Source: a virus. Taken from it: a DNA stretch of 64,000 bases. The stretch is from positions 15,145 through 79,144 of IMG/VR virus record IMGVR_UViG_3300045973_000675; one strand, given 5' to 3'. Shown here in pieces: positions 18,866 to 27,826 of this stretch. A program made the translations under genes and the position numbers. The notes below the pieces were generated by a model. The model searched no databases and was not told the DNA's origin. It saw only the letters and a program-made list of their open reading frames with translations. How positions within the stretch are numbered: the first letter of the stretch is position 1; each line of letters begins with the position of its first letter.

Positions 18866-19319
18866 GCATCCCGGCGCCAGTTTCGTAGGCGCGAGCAATG
18901 GCTGGGATGATCAGTTCTCCAACCGTCTTGCCGTCCGGCAAGACAATGTTCGCTGCAAACTCTTCCTCGAACGAGGCGATCCCGCTCTCCACCACTTCGA
19001 GCTTCGCTTTGACGGCCAGGACTAGACAGCGCCAGCGGCGCATCGACTCGCGCTCTACCCAGGCCTGGCGTCGGCCGACGTCCTTGATCTCGTAGTAGTC
19101 GCGCTTCCCCATGGCGCCCTTCTTGGCCTCGTCGAGCGTCGGTAATGGCAGCGTGAAGCGCACGCGCCGGCCGTGGGCTGCAAATACGATGTCGGCCGAT
19201 CCCTCCCGCTGCATGTACGCCAACTCGGCGCCCTGGCCGGCGTACTTCAGAATGATTTTCTCGACCTCGATCCGCGAGTTGATGACGCTCACCGTCGTTC
19301 CATCGGCGTACTTGGACAT
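18822..19319 (-). CDS. Conserved phage hypothetical protein
   Basis: YADGTTVSV..SRIEVE, VRFTLPLP, RWRCLVLAVKAKLEVVESGI. Confidence 0.75.
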   Translation of the reverse strand: MSKYADGTTVSVINSRIEVEKIILKYAGQGAELAYMQREGSADIVFAAHGRRVRFTLPLPTLDEAKKGAMGKRDYYEIKDVGRRQAWVERESMRRWRCLVLAVKAKLEVVESGIASFEEEFAANIVLPDGKTVGELIIPAIARAYETGAGMLMLTAVPGGSADAS

Positions 19320-19981
19320 CAGCGCTCCATCGCAATTCGCGGCGCAACGGCCGCAAGAATCAGTTCAACCAACCGCCGCACCCGCCCGCACTTCGTCCTC
19401 AGCCGCACGCCGCCCAGTGCCGCCTCGACCACGCGCACCTTGCGGCTGTAGCCGTTGGGCTTGCTCGCGCCGTTGTAGCGCCAGGCCCAGTCCTTGCCGA
19501 ACCGAGCGCGCTTGTCGGCCATGATCTGCGCTGCCACGTGAATGTTGGTAACCGGGTCGGCGAGGGTTACCAAAGTGTGCCCGCGAGCCGGCCCGTTCTG
19601 GCACCGACCCGCGAGCATTCCGTCCGTTTGGGTTTGTGTAGAGGTAAGGATTTCCGCTGACCGAGATCCGGTATCTCGCGCGGTGAATCCTGGACGGACT
19701 ACACACCTGACACCAAGCAGGCCGACGTCGAACACGCCTGGCTTCGCCTCGACCGCCACGCCGACCCGCAGGTCACTTTCTAGCACCGCCATGGCGAGCG
19801 TCGTCCGCGGCCGCGCGGTCTGTTCAATGGCCCGGGCTACGTCCCGACAGGTCGAGGCCTCCCAGGCCGGCGCGCGGTGCCGGATGGCGCGCTGGACGTT
19901 GCACACCAGGTCGGGCGACACGGCAACGCCAGCGTGGTGCCCGGGGGCGAACAGGGTGACGAGGAGGAGGGCGGGAGTCAT
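19319..19981 (-). CDS. Secreted SLT-type lytic transglycosylase-like protein
   Basis: Hydrophobic N-terminus; AMAVLES, DVGLLGV, LADPVTNIHVAA, YNG. Confidence 0.65.
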   Translation of the reverse strand: MTPALLLVTLFAPGHHAGVAVSPDLVCNVQRAIRHRAPAWEASTCRDVARAIEQTARPRTTLAMAVLESDLRVGVAVEAKPGVFDVGLLGVRCVVRPGFTARDTGSRSAEILTSTQTQTDGMLAGRCQNGPARGHTLVTLADPVTNIHVAAQIMADKRARFGKDWAWRYNGASKPNGYSRKVRVVEAALGGVRLRTKCGRVRRLVELILAAVAPRIAMER

Positions 19982-20379
19982 GCTGCACCCACAGGGCGGT
20001 CCGCCGTCGCGAGATGGTCCAGTAGCCGCATCACGCTTCCAACTCGCACCACGCTGGGCAGTCGGTGGAAGATGTGCTCGACCGGACCGCAGATGATGAT
20101 CCCTTTGCCAAGCGCGGCAGCGGCGCCGAATTCCACGTGTCTCCCGCCACGCTCCGCACCTGGCGTCCCGGGATGATCGGTGAAGGCCACGAACACGTCA
20201 GACTCGCCGATCTCACGTAGATCTAGTCCTGCCAGGTGGGGGGAATCCGGCGACTCGATCGCGTCCTCTTCCTGTTCGAGCCAACTCGACATCACGGTGT
20301 AGCCCATCCGGCGGAGCGTGCGGGCAATCTCTCGGAGTTCGTCACGTCGGCCAAAGCGCGCGGCGAGGTAGATCTTCAC
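19978..20379 (-). CDS. Nucleoside 2-deoxyribosyltransferase-like protein
   Basis: MKIYLAARF, DLREIGESDVFV, GGRHVEFGAA. Confidence 0.8.
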   Translation of the reverse strand: MKIYLAARFGRRDELREIARTLRRMGYTVMSSWLEQEEDAIESPDSPHLAGLDLREIGESDVFVAFTDHPGTPGAERGGRHVEFGAAAALGKGIIICGPVEHIFHRLPSVVRVGSVMRLLDHLATADRPVGAA

Positions 20380-20936
20380 TCCCGCACCTCGCCCGTCCCT
20401 TCGAGCGTCGCGCTCTTGCCCTCGAACTCCATCGTCATGCTCGTGCCCTTGGGGATCGCTCCAGCCATCTTCTTGACCGCAGCCACGAGCGGCGCCAGGT
20501 TGAGTTCTTGCTGGGTACGCTTCACGTCACAGTCGATGTATTCCTTGAGCGAAAGTCCGAAGAACACCAGTAGGCTCGCCTCGCAGGGTGCCTCGAACTC
20601 GAACGTGATCTCCTCGTGCTCCTGGTCTTCATTCCCCACGACAGCGGCCTTGACCACGAGCCCGTCGATCTCGGCAGTTGCGCTTCCGCGGGATCCCGAG
20701 AATTCCGCCTTCGCGTGGTAGGCGTTGATCGGGATCTCACCCTTGTTGAGCACGCGACCTTGCAGGTTTTCGAGAAGCTCGATCCCGACCTGGCCGAGGA
20801 ATTCCGCTTCCTCGTGGCCGAAGGTTTTTGAGAGCGAGAACTGCACCCGACGAATGACGGTGTCGGGGTGGTCGGGGTTCTTGCGCGCGGTCAGCTTGGC
20901 CGACTTGAGGGTTGCTGAGAAAACAATGTCGTTCAC
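20376..20936 (-). CDS. Hypothetical protein
   Basis: GTGA-coupled start; coding-like composition. Confidence 0.6.
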   Translation of the reverse strand: MNDIVFSATLKSAKLTARKNPDHPDTVIRRVQFSLSKTFGHEEAEFLGQVGIELLENLQGRVLNKGEIPINAYHAKAEFSGSRGSATAEIDGLVVKAAVVGNEDQEHEEITFEFEAPCEASLLVFFGLSLKEYIDCDVKRTQQELNLAPLVAAVKKMAGAIPKGTSMTMEFEGKSATLEGTGEVRE

Positions 20937-21169
20937 GGGGTGGTCCTTTCGCCGCACTTTGCGGCATTCGAGAATTGCGTCCGGGTCGCGTCGATGCGGT
21001 CGAGCTTGTCCGAGGTCCAGGTCCGGTTTCTCTCGAACCACGGAAACATCCGCATGTGGTTCTTGAGCTTGAATCCGGCGGGGCCGGCGTGTTCGATCTC
21101 GGTCTTCTCGTCCGGCGCATCCACGAGCCGGACGCTGTCGTCGAACTTCTTGAGGGGTGTGTCGGCCAT
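20933..21169 (-). CDS. Hypothetical protein
   Basis: 78 aa, tightly packed between its neighbours. Confidence 0.55.
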   Translation of the reverse strand: MADTPLKKFDDSVRLVDAPDEKTEIEHAGPAGFKLKNHMRMFPWFERNRTWTSDKLDRIDATRTQFSNAAKCGERTTP

Positions 21170-21171
21170 GG

Positions 21172-21837
21172 CTACTTCTTGGCGACGAGGCCGTGGCGGT
21201 GCTTGTCGGTCTCGCTGATTTCGAAGCGGTAGACGTGGTGGCCGTGGCCGGTGGAATCGGGTGTCGTAGTCCCGTTGCCAATGCGGTCGACGCGGAACAT
21301 GTGGCTGTGCTTCTTGGTCACCGTGCAGCCGAGGATCACGACCTTGCCGCGGATTCCGCCCTGCTGGCGCGTGACCTCGGCCATGAGCGCATCCTTCGAG
21401 TCGCCCTTCTCGCCGGCATCCTGGGTCTCGGCCGGGACTTCGGGTCCATCTGTCTCGGCGTCGGACTCTTCAGCATCGTCGTCGCGGGGCGAAGTCATCT
21501 CGCTTGGCTTACCCTTGTCGACGATCTTGCCCTGCCGGCGGAGCACACTCAGATCGTTGTCGATGAGCGCACGTCTAGTGCCCAATTCATCCGCGATTTC
21601 ATTGATCGACTTCCCGGATCCGAGAAGCTCGACGATCCTATCTCGGCGAGTCCCAACTGAAGCGCAGCCAGGCCGTCCTCCACGCGGAGTGGTCATCACG
21701 ATGCCGAGTTCGTCGGCTATGTTCTTCGCGAATGCGTCGCGGTCAGCCGTGGCCTCCGCCAGGGCGGCCTCGCAGGTGCGGACGCGAGCGTGTTTCGTTT
21801 CGAGTGCTGCTTTCAAATCTGCAATCAGGTCGGGCAT
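21172..21837 (-). CDS. HTH protein with a His-rich C-terminal module
   Basis: IVELLGSGKSINEIADELG HTH; KHSH...GHGHH...KHRH; AGGAGG RBS. Confidence 0.65.
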   Translation of the reverse strand: MPDLIADLKAALETKHARVRTCEAALAEATADRDAFAKNIADELGIVMTTPRGGRPGCASVGTRRDRIVELLGSGKSINEIADELGTRRALIDNDLSVLRRQGKIVDKGKPSEMTSPRDDDAEESDAETDGPEVPAETQDAGEKGDSKDALMAEVTRQQGGIRGKVVILGCTVTKKHSHMFRVDRIGNGTTTPDSTGHGHHVYRFEISETDKHRHGLVAKK

Positions 21838-21845
21838 GGGTCCTC

Positions 21846-22238
21846 CTATCGGTCTGCGAAGATTCCGGCCGAGGCCGGCATGCTTTCTTGGGCGTGCGCA
21901 AGAGCCATGATTTCGATTTGGCGGATGCGCTCGCGGGTGAGGTTCAAAACGTCGGCGACGTACTCCAGGACCGAACCACCACGGTCGGCAATGTCGAGAG
22001 CGCACGTCTCGGCGATCTCGTCGACCTCGAGGGTGGGGTAGGTCAGGTGGATCGATCCGCTGGTGGGATTGACGTGCAAGTACAGATGCCACTTGCAGGA
22101 AACGAATGGGCACGGCCGCTCGCCGTTCTCACACTCTCCGCGGGTCTTGGGGCGCTCAATGTCGTCCGGGTACTCGACAGCGTTGCGACGCTCCTCGCGC
22201 GTGAGATGGTCGCCGGCAATGGTGCAGCGTGGTTTCAT
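21846..22238 (-). CDS. Cys-rich sigma-70 region 4 HTH protein (myxobacterial type)
   Basis: RPKTRGEC..GERPCPFVSCKWHLYLHV...GSIHL...TCALDIADRGG..LEYVADVLNLTRERIRQIE. Confidence 0.8.
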   Translation of the reverse strand: MKPRCTIAGDHLTREERRNAVEYPDDIERPKTRGECENGERPCPFVSCKWHLYLHVNPTSGSIHLTYPTLEVDEIAETCALDIADRGGSVLEYVADVLNLTRERIRQIEIMALAHAQESMPASAGIFADR

Positions 22239-22774
22239 GCTGCCGGCTTCCTGCGCATGTCTCGGCCACCGCAAACTACGAACGCGCCATCCTCGTGGAT
22301 GCGGCTGACGATGCGCTCTCCATACCGCTTGGCGAACAGTGCCGGGTCGGTGATGTTGGTGGTCACGAGTGTCTTCCGCATCTTCGAGAAGCGCTTGCTG
22401 ATGATCTCCTCGAACAGTTCCAAGAAGCGCCCCTTGTCGTCGAGGTGTTCGAGCCCCAGGTCGTCGATTACCAGCGCATAGGCGCCTACCAGGCCCTCGA
22501 ATGCCTCCCGGTCGTAGGCGTAGCCGCGGGCCAGATCTCCAGACTGAATCCACCGCATGCACTCGGGCTTCCCGTTGCAGAGGCGCCATAGCCACAAGCA
22601 GGCCGCGACGCTCTTTCCGACACCTGGCTCACCACCCAAGATGGTCAGGTCCTCGGTGCGCTCCGAGGCCTGCACTTGAGCTTCCGTGGTGATGGTTGCA
22701 ATTGAGGCGCGGGCTGTCCGCTCGGGGACTCCCCTACGCATGAGGGCCGGGATGTTCTCTGCTGCGATGCTCAT
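22235..22774 (-). CDS. DnaC/IstB-like helicase loader ATPase
   Basis: GEPGVGKS, LVIDDLG, TLVTTN, YGERIVSRI. Confidence 0.85.
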   Translation of the reverse strand: MSIAAENIPALMRRGVPERTARASIATITTEAQVQASERTEDLTILGGEPGVGKSVAACLWLWRLCNGKPECMRWIQSGDLARGYAYDREAFEGLVGAYALVIDDLGLEHLDDKGRFLELFEEIISKRFSKMRKTLVTTNITDPALFAKRYGERIVSRIHEDGAFVVCGGRDMRRKPAA

Positions 22775-23796
22775 GGTAGCTCCAACACACCTGTTTTCTT
22801 CACTGCCCCGACGGTTGCGCGGAAGGATCCGCGAGTGGGGTCAATGGATTTGGCCTGCGCTGGCTTCGGGGCTATCCCGTGAATCGACTCGCGCAATCCC
22901 GCGAACCCGCTCTTCCAGGATCCAAACGCGAAGCTTGGATCCACGTTGCGCTGGTCGTTCCACCCGACGACGCCGTCGCGAATCCGCTCAAGCGCCAGCC
23001 GCATGGTGGGCTTGACGTCGACAATCTCGGCATCCGTTAGGCTCGCCGCGAATGTGCTGGCCTTCCCGTTGGTGTCCTTGGGGACTTCGCTTCCGGGAGG
23101 GTTTTGCACGTTCAGGACATCGCGGCGGAGCCTCCCGAACCAGGTCAGCAGGTCCAGTCCGCACGGTCTGTCCGCCGGTGCCGAACGCGCCTCTTGCTCG
23201 ATCGTCCCGCACAGAGACGGGGTCAGGCACTTCTCGGGCGTCGCTCCGCACGTGCACTTCTGCGGCAATCGCTCAACGTGCGCGCGCTCCGGATCCGGAT
23301 CGGAGGCTGATAGCGCGGAAGATCCAGAGGGAGAAGACAGCACAGCAGAGCACAGAGTGACATCTTGTGACGGCTCGTGACCGCGCGTGACCGATTCGGT
23401 TTTTGCGTGACGAATCGTCACGTTTTGTGACGGCGGCGTCACGTTTTGTGACATTTCATCGTCTCTCGCCCTTACTCGACGCTCCTTCTGTCGCAGCTTG
23501 TCCGACTTGGTGCACTCCTGTGCGGCCATGAAGTTTTTGCAGAACAGAGTGGTGCCGTTCATGGAAAGTACGCCGTCTTCAAGCAGGACATCCATCGCCC
23601 GGTTGACCACGTCGAGCGGGATAGAGATCAGCCCGGATAGACCACGCCTGCCAGACTTTCCAAGCTCAAGAATTCCAGCCCTGTCCATCTTGCGGAACAC
23701 TTCCCACATCACCGCGCGCGCCTCCCATCCCATGGCCGCAAGGTCGGGGGTGTCACGGGTGAATACCCGCACGTAGCTTTCGTCTTCCCACCGCAC
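22771..23796 (-). CDS. Replication initiator (replisome organizer)
   Basis: Upstream of the loader; N-terminal DNA-binding-like domain, SDKLRQKERR, internal iteron-coded VT/SQ repeats. Confidence 0.75.
   Translation of the reverse strand: MRWEDESYVRVFTRDTPDLAAMGWEARAVMWEVFRKMDRAGILELGKSGRRGLSGLISIPLDVVNRAMDVLLEDGVLSMNGTTLFCKNFMAAQECTKSDKLRQKERRVRARDDEMSQNVTPPSQNVTIRHAKTESVTRGHEPSQDVTLCSAVLSSPSGSSALSASDPDPERAHVERLPQKCTCGATPEKCLTPSLCGTIEQEARSAPADRPCGLDLLTWFGRLRRDVLNVQNPPGSEVPKDTNGKASTFAASLTDAEIVDVKPTMRLALERIRDGVVGWNDQRNVDPSFAFGSWKSGFAGLRESIHGIAPKPAQAKSIDPTRGSFRATVGAVKKTGVLELP
23357..23452. repeat. Iteron cluster, probable replication origin
   Basis: GTGAC/GTCAC at 23357, 23367, 23377, 23387, 23407, 23417, 23427, 23438 and 23448. 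Confidence 0.75.
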
Positions 23797-23798
23797 AG

Positions 23799-24563
23799 CT
23801 ACATCGCCTCTCTTGCAATCGTCGGGAGTACTCCAACGACGTCGTGACCTGGTTCGAACGACGTGCCGGCGCCGGACGACTCCCGGTACCCGGACGACAC
23901 GTCGCCTAGAGATCGGGACGACAACTCTCCCCACGCCCTCAGCACGCCACCGGTTCCAGGGAACAGGTCGACGAGGTCATCACCGGGCGACATCCCGAGC
24001 GCCTCGAATAGAAACGCGCAGAACTTGAGCGGCTTCCTACCAATCAGGGTCTCGCCTCCAAGCCGCGCCGGCGCCGCGCACAGCACGTTCTGGAATCCAT
24101 CGCGCCATGGGCGGCCGGGGACGACGATCAGGGGCTCCCAGAAGTCGTGGCGCTGACCGTTTCCGGGCCCGACGAGTTTGTGCCACGAGCAGATCTTCAC
24201 CGCGTCTTTCGCCGCCGCCGGCACCAGCGACAGAACGTCGCCCAAGGCCTTCGACGACGTCGAAAGTGCCCATCCTGCGATCTCGCCGCTAGTCCGTCGC
24301 CGCTCGAGGACGGACAGCAACTCGGAGTGGTTCACCTCGCCCGCAAAGTCCGGATGGTCGCCGTAGTATTTCCTGGCCAGACCAGGGTACGGCGGATCGG
24401 CATAGGCCATCACCAGGCGACGGTCGGAAATCTGCGCGGACGGCGCCGAACGACGCAGCCGGAACGCGGCCTGGCGGCACTTGCGCGAGCAGAACCTGGC
24501 GCGCGCGCTGACCTGGGTGCGGCGACACCAGGCGCAGAGCATGGGAGCAGCGGACTGATCCAC
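23799..24563 (-). CDS. DNA amino-methyltransferase with an N-terminal Zn finger
   Basis: YADPPY followed by DLFPGTG (beta-class order); CAWC...FCSRKC. Confidence 0.8.
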   Translation of the reverse strand: MDQSAAPMLCAWCRRTQVSARARFCSRKCRQAAFRLRRSAPSAQISDRRLVMAYADPPYPGLARKYYGDHPDFAGEVNHSELLSVLERRRTSGEIAGWALSTSSKALGDVLSLVPAAAKDAVKICSWHKLVGPGNGQRHDFWEPLIVVPGRPWRDGFQNVLCAAPARLGGETLIGRKPLKFCAFLFEALGMSPGDDLVDLFPGTGGVLRAWGELSSRSLGDVSSGYRESSGAGTSFEPGHDVVGVLPTIAREAM

Positions 24564-25160
24564 CTACGCCACCCTCGTCTTCTCATCCCGGCTCCACGCC
24601 GCCCGCAGCGTCCCGCCCAGCTTCAGGGCCTTCGCATACTGGACCGGCCACCGCCTCCGCATAATCCCTTCCCAGTCGATGCTCCCCCCGCGCTTGAGCT
24701 GCAAGATCAGCTTCGCCCGCGTGGGCCCCAGTCTTCCTTTCCGGCAATGGTGGTGCATCGTCTCAGGGATGTAGGTCAGGGCTACGAGTGCGAACCAGCG
24801 GGCACAGGTGTTCTCTGAATTCTCGAACTCGCTTTCCACTATTTGAAACGTGCGGAGCGCGGTCTTGACCACCACGTCCCGCAGTTCCGCGGCATTCTCT
24901 GGCACGTCCACCCGCAACGTCACGTCGCCTGGAAGTCGCTCTTTCTTATTCGCAATCTCAACCGCAGACTGGTTGCGCATGGCTGCCTTCGCCTCTTCGA
25001 GAGACTTAGCTCGATCGGCATATGCAGCTCGCTCCTCGTGGGTGCGTGCGCCACACGTGAGGTATTCGCGGCGCCAGATCTCGTCGGACGTCGCTGGCGG
25101 ATCGCCACTGGAGACGATTCGGCGCTGATACGGATCGAGTGATGATTCTTCGGCGATCAT
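24564..25160 (-). CDS. Hypothetical protein
   Basis: 198 aa, coupled to its neighbours. Confidence 0.55.
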   Translation of the reverse strand: MIAEESSLDPYQRRIVSSGDPPATSDEIWRREYLTCGARTHEERAAYADRAKSLEEAKAAMRNQSAVEIANKKERLPGDVTLRVDVPENAAELRDVVVKTALRTFQIVESEFENSENTCARWFALVALTYIPETMHHHCRKGRLGPTRAKLILQLKRGGSIDWEGIMRRRWPVQYAKALKLGGTLRAAWSRDEKTRVA

Positions 25161-26143
25161 GTTTCCCCGCTAGGGTTGGTGTCGCAAAGTCCCCAGCGCA
25201 TGCACCCAGCGTCCCCTGGGGCTGCGGCGAACATTTCGACCTGGTCTTCGTTCTGGTCATTGCGCGACCACTCGACTACGGCATCGATCGGGATGCAGGG
25301 GCGCTTGCCGTCCTTATTCCGCGTCGATTGCTGAAACCAGGTCGGAGGAACGAATGGCCCAATCAGACGGTCGCGCTTCTTCTCCCAGCGCTTGTGCTTG
25401 GTGGCGTCTTCGATGGGTGGCTCCAGGTCAGGGTTGGCCAGCCACGCGGCGCGGTCCCGCTCGTATCGAGCGTGTGCGACTGGGAGCACACGCTCCTCAA
25501 GCGCGCGAATCCTGTCAATGCGAACCGGGTCGATGTCCGCCATCAATCGAATCTCGCCCTTGCGCGCGAAGATGCATGGCCAGCACCCAACCCGATTCGC
25601 ACCGGCCAGGTAGAGCGGATTCGGCCGCAGCCCGTACTTGGTGTGCATGTCGATGACCGCTTGTTCGGACCACGTGATCAATGGGCGCCACACCTCACAG
25701 TCGAAACCGTCGGACCACTCCCACTCTTTCATCCCAGAGCGCGCCTTGCTCTCGGCTGCCCGAATTCCGACGGCATTCACGCAGTCCTCGCCGGCATCGA
25801 CAAGACCGTTTAGGTATTCCTGCATCGGGAACACCTTCAACTCCTCGGTGCAGAAGCGGATCTCGCGCGACGGGAACATGCCCTTGCTGGCGATCAACTC
25901 CTCCATTTGCAACGGGGCGCTAATCTCGGTGATTGGCCCCAGCATCGCAGTCAGGGGACCGCGTAGGTATTCGTAGGTCCAGGGGTGCTCCCACCCGGTG
26001 TCCATGAATACCATCTCGAATTCGATTCCAAGCTCCTTGAGCAGGAGGCACATGGCCGCCGAGTCTTTGCCGCCACTCACGGAGACGACGACACGCCGGC
26101 CGGCCAGGCGCTTAATCAGCTCTCGAACTTGTTCGGTATCCAT
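25157..26143 (-). CDS. PAPS-reductase-family protein
   Basis: SVSGGKDS, DTGWEH, CTEELK, GIRAAES, RVGCWPC. Confidence 0.9.
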   Translation of the reverse strand: MDTEQVRELIKRLAGRRVVVSVSGGKDSAAMCLLLKELGIEFEMVFMDTGWEHPWTYEYLRGPLTAMLGPITEISAPLQMEELIASKGMFPSREIRFCTEELKVFPMQEYLNGLVDAGEDCVNAVGIRAAESKARSGMKEWEWSDGFDCEVWRPLITWSEQAVIDMHTKYGLRPNPLYLAGANRVGCWPCIFARKGEIRLMADIDPVRIDRIRALEERVLPVAHARYERDRAAWLANPDLEPPIEDATKHKRWEKKRDRLIGPFVPPTWFQQSTRNKDGKRPCIPIDAVVEWSRNDQNEDQVEMFAAAPGDAGCMRWGLCDTNPSGET

Positions 26144-26177
26144 ATTTGGAAAGGCGCTCAACTTCGTACTCCTATCG

Positions 26178-26345
26178 TCACTGCGTGCAATTGCGGCCAC
26201 ACCGAGGGCATTTCAACCCACAAGCCCAGCCGGTGCCTTTGCAGGTTTCCAGGCAGTCGTCGGGCAGGGCGTGGCCGAACCAGGCGCAATGGGCAAGTCG
26301 GCATTCCTGGACCACAAGGGCCAGCCAAAGGCGAATCCTCTTCAC
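26178..26345 (-). CDS. Small Cys-rich protein (not in the ORF track)
   Basis: Read manually: MKRIRLWLAL...CAWFGH...CPRCG; GTGA overlap. Confidence 0.5.
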   Translation of the reverse strand: MKRIRLWLALVVQECRLAHCAWFGHALPDDCLETCKGTGWACGLKCPRCGRNCTQ

Positions 26346-26902
26346 GACGACTTCTTGCCCCGCGATTTCTTGGTCTTCTTCGCTGGCGCTTTTGGCTTCA
26401 TGAATTCTCGTCGCGTTTCCCGATCTTTAAGCGCATCCGGAAGAGGAAACTCGTAGCCGTCCAGGTACAGTTTGCCCGTCGTCGTGAGACCAGCGGGCAG
26501 AGCGTGGGCGTAGCCGCGCAGGTCCAGGTTGCCATGGATCGTTTTCATGTCTTCCGGGATCCAAGCCTCCCCATTGCGGTACCACATGACCAATCCGCCT
26601 TCACCACGCGTCTCGAAGATCGTCGCCAGCATTGCGGTTCGATTTACAAAACGCTCGATCAGCATGGCCTTGATCGTTTTTGCCATCGCAGGATCCGCGT
26701 AGCGCACAGTGAGCGAATCGTGATTCTCGCCCGTCCACTCGACTTCTGCACCGCCCTTGATACCCCACCCAGCGCGCGCGTTGCCGTTACTATTAATTCC
26801 GGGTGCCGCGTACAGGTGCAGCGGCCCATCCGTTGTTGCCAATGCAGATGCGAATTCACTCATTGACGACTCCAGTGCAATTAACGATGCCTTTACGCAC
26901 AT
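26342..26902 (-). CDS. Hypothetical protein
   Basis: ORF with RBS and basic C-terminus. Confidence 0.55.
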   Translation of the reverse strand: MCVKASLIALESSMSEFASALATTDGPLHLYAAPGINSNGNARAGWGIKGGAEVEWTGENHDSLTVRYADPAMAKTIKAMLIERFVNRTAMLATIFETRGEGGLVMWYRNGEAWIPEDMKTIHGNLDLRGYAHALPAGLTTTGKLYLDGYEFPLPDALKDRETRREFMKPKAPAKKTKKSRGKKSS

Positions 26903-27363
26903 GTTTTCCTTTCCACTTTCGGCCAAATCACCGGCGCGCCCTTCACCGCGGGCAACCTTTCCGCGATCATTCCCGCCACCTGGGCCACCTCTGCCTGCAA
27001 GTCCTCGTGACGATCAACGCTATGGCAGGCACGAATTGCGTCCGTGTTGTTCTTGCGTCCGAGCGCCTTTGCCGTTTCGCCGTAGCTGTAGCCATTCGCC
27101 CGCAATAGCCACGCGGCGGCCCGTCGCGCCCGTGACACCGTCGAGGTGCGGCCGTCGCCAAGCAGGTCGTCGAGCGCGACGTCGAAGTGCTCGCACGTGC
27201 ATTCCAGGATCAGTTGTCTGGGTCGACGCTCAATTTGCCCGCGCACCGAAAGCGCGAACGCCCGCATGGCCACGGCCATCCCGGCCTCTTCGCTGCCCAA
27301 TTCGGCGCTGGCGAAGCGAAAGGTGGCGAGAACGGCCGCTATGTCGACGCGGGGCACGGGCAT
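26893..27363 (-). CDS. DnaA C-terminal (domain IV) HTH protein
   Basis: CEHFDVALDDLLGDGRTSTVSRARRAAAWLLR...SYGETAKALGRK; AGGAG RBS. Confidence 0.75.
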   Translation of the reverse strand: MPVPRVDIAAVLATFRFASAELGSEEAGMAVAMRAFALSVRGQIERRPRQLILECTCEHFDVALDDLLGDGRTSTVSRARRAAAWLLRANGYSYGETAKALGRKNNTDAIRACHSVDRHEDLQAEVAQVAGMIAERLPAVKGAPVIWPKVERKTCA

Positions 27364-27367
27364 GCTC

Positions 27368-27796
27368 CTAGGAGTTGTGCGGATGCGCGCCCGATGCGTA
27401 GCCGGTGTGGCGCGGGCTTTTCGGTTGACGGTTGCGCTTCGCCGCCAAGTCGATGGCCAGCGGTAATGTCGGTTTCGGATCCATGCGCGTCCCGCCACCC
27501 GTTCGCCTTCCACCCGGCATCACTGCGAACTGATCAACCACACCCAAGAAGCGAGGCATGCCGAACTTGCGCCCGATGCGCTCGGCCTTACTTCTCCAAT
27601 TGGGACAACCGCCCTTGGCCACGTGCGGATTCTTCCCTGCCGAAGCGAAGCGACGTGTGTGCCGATTACCGTGCGGATGCGTCTCATTCATGATTGGCTG
27701 GAACATGGCGCGAGCGTCGTTCTTTGGAAGCTCTCCGCGAGTGATCATCCTGGCGAAATGGCGAGCGTTCGCCTTGCGTTGCTGTCGTGTTTTCAT
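27368..27796 (-). CDS. Basic hypothetical protein
   Basis: AGGAG RBS; contains GNRHTRR. Confidence 0.5.
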   Translation of the reverse strand: MKTRQQRKANARHFARMITRGELPKNDARAMFQPIMNETHPHGNRHTRRFASAGKNPHVAKGGCPNWRSKAERIGRKFGMPRFLGVVDQFAVMPGGRRTGGGTRMDPKPTLPLAIDLAAKRNRQPKSPRHTGYASGAHPHNS

Positions 27797-27826
27797 GGTT
27801 CTCCTGATTGGTGTGACGTTTTGTGC

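Noticed and set aside
23813-23930. Short GTCGTC-type repeats and palindromes in the methyltransferase 3' end
   Set aside because: Low-complexity coding tail with no consistent unit or spacing
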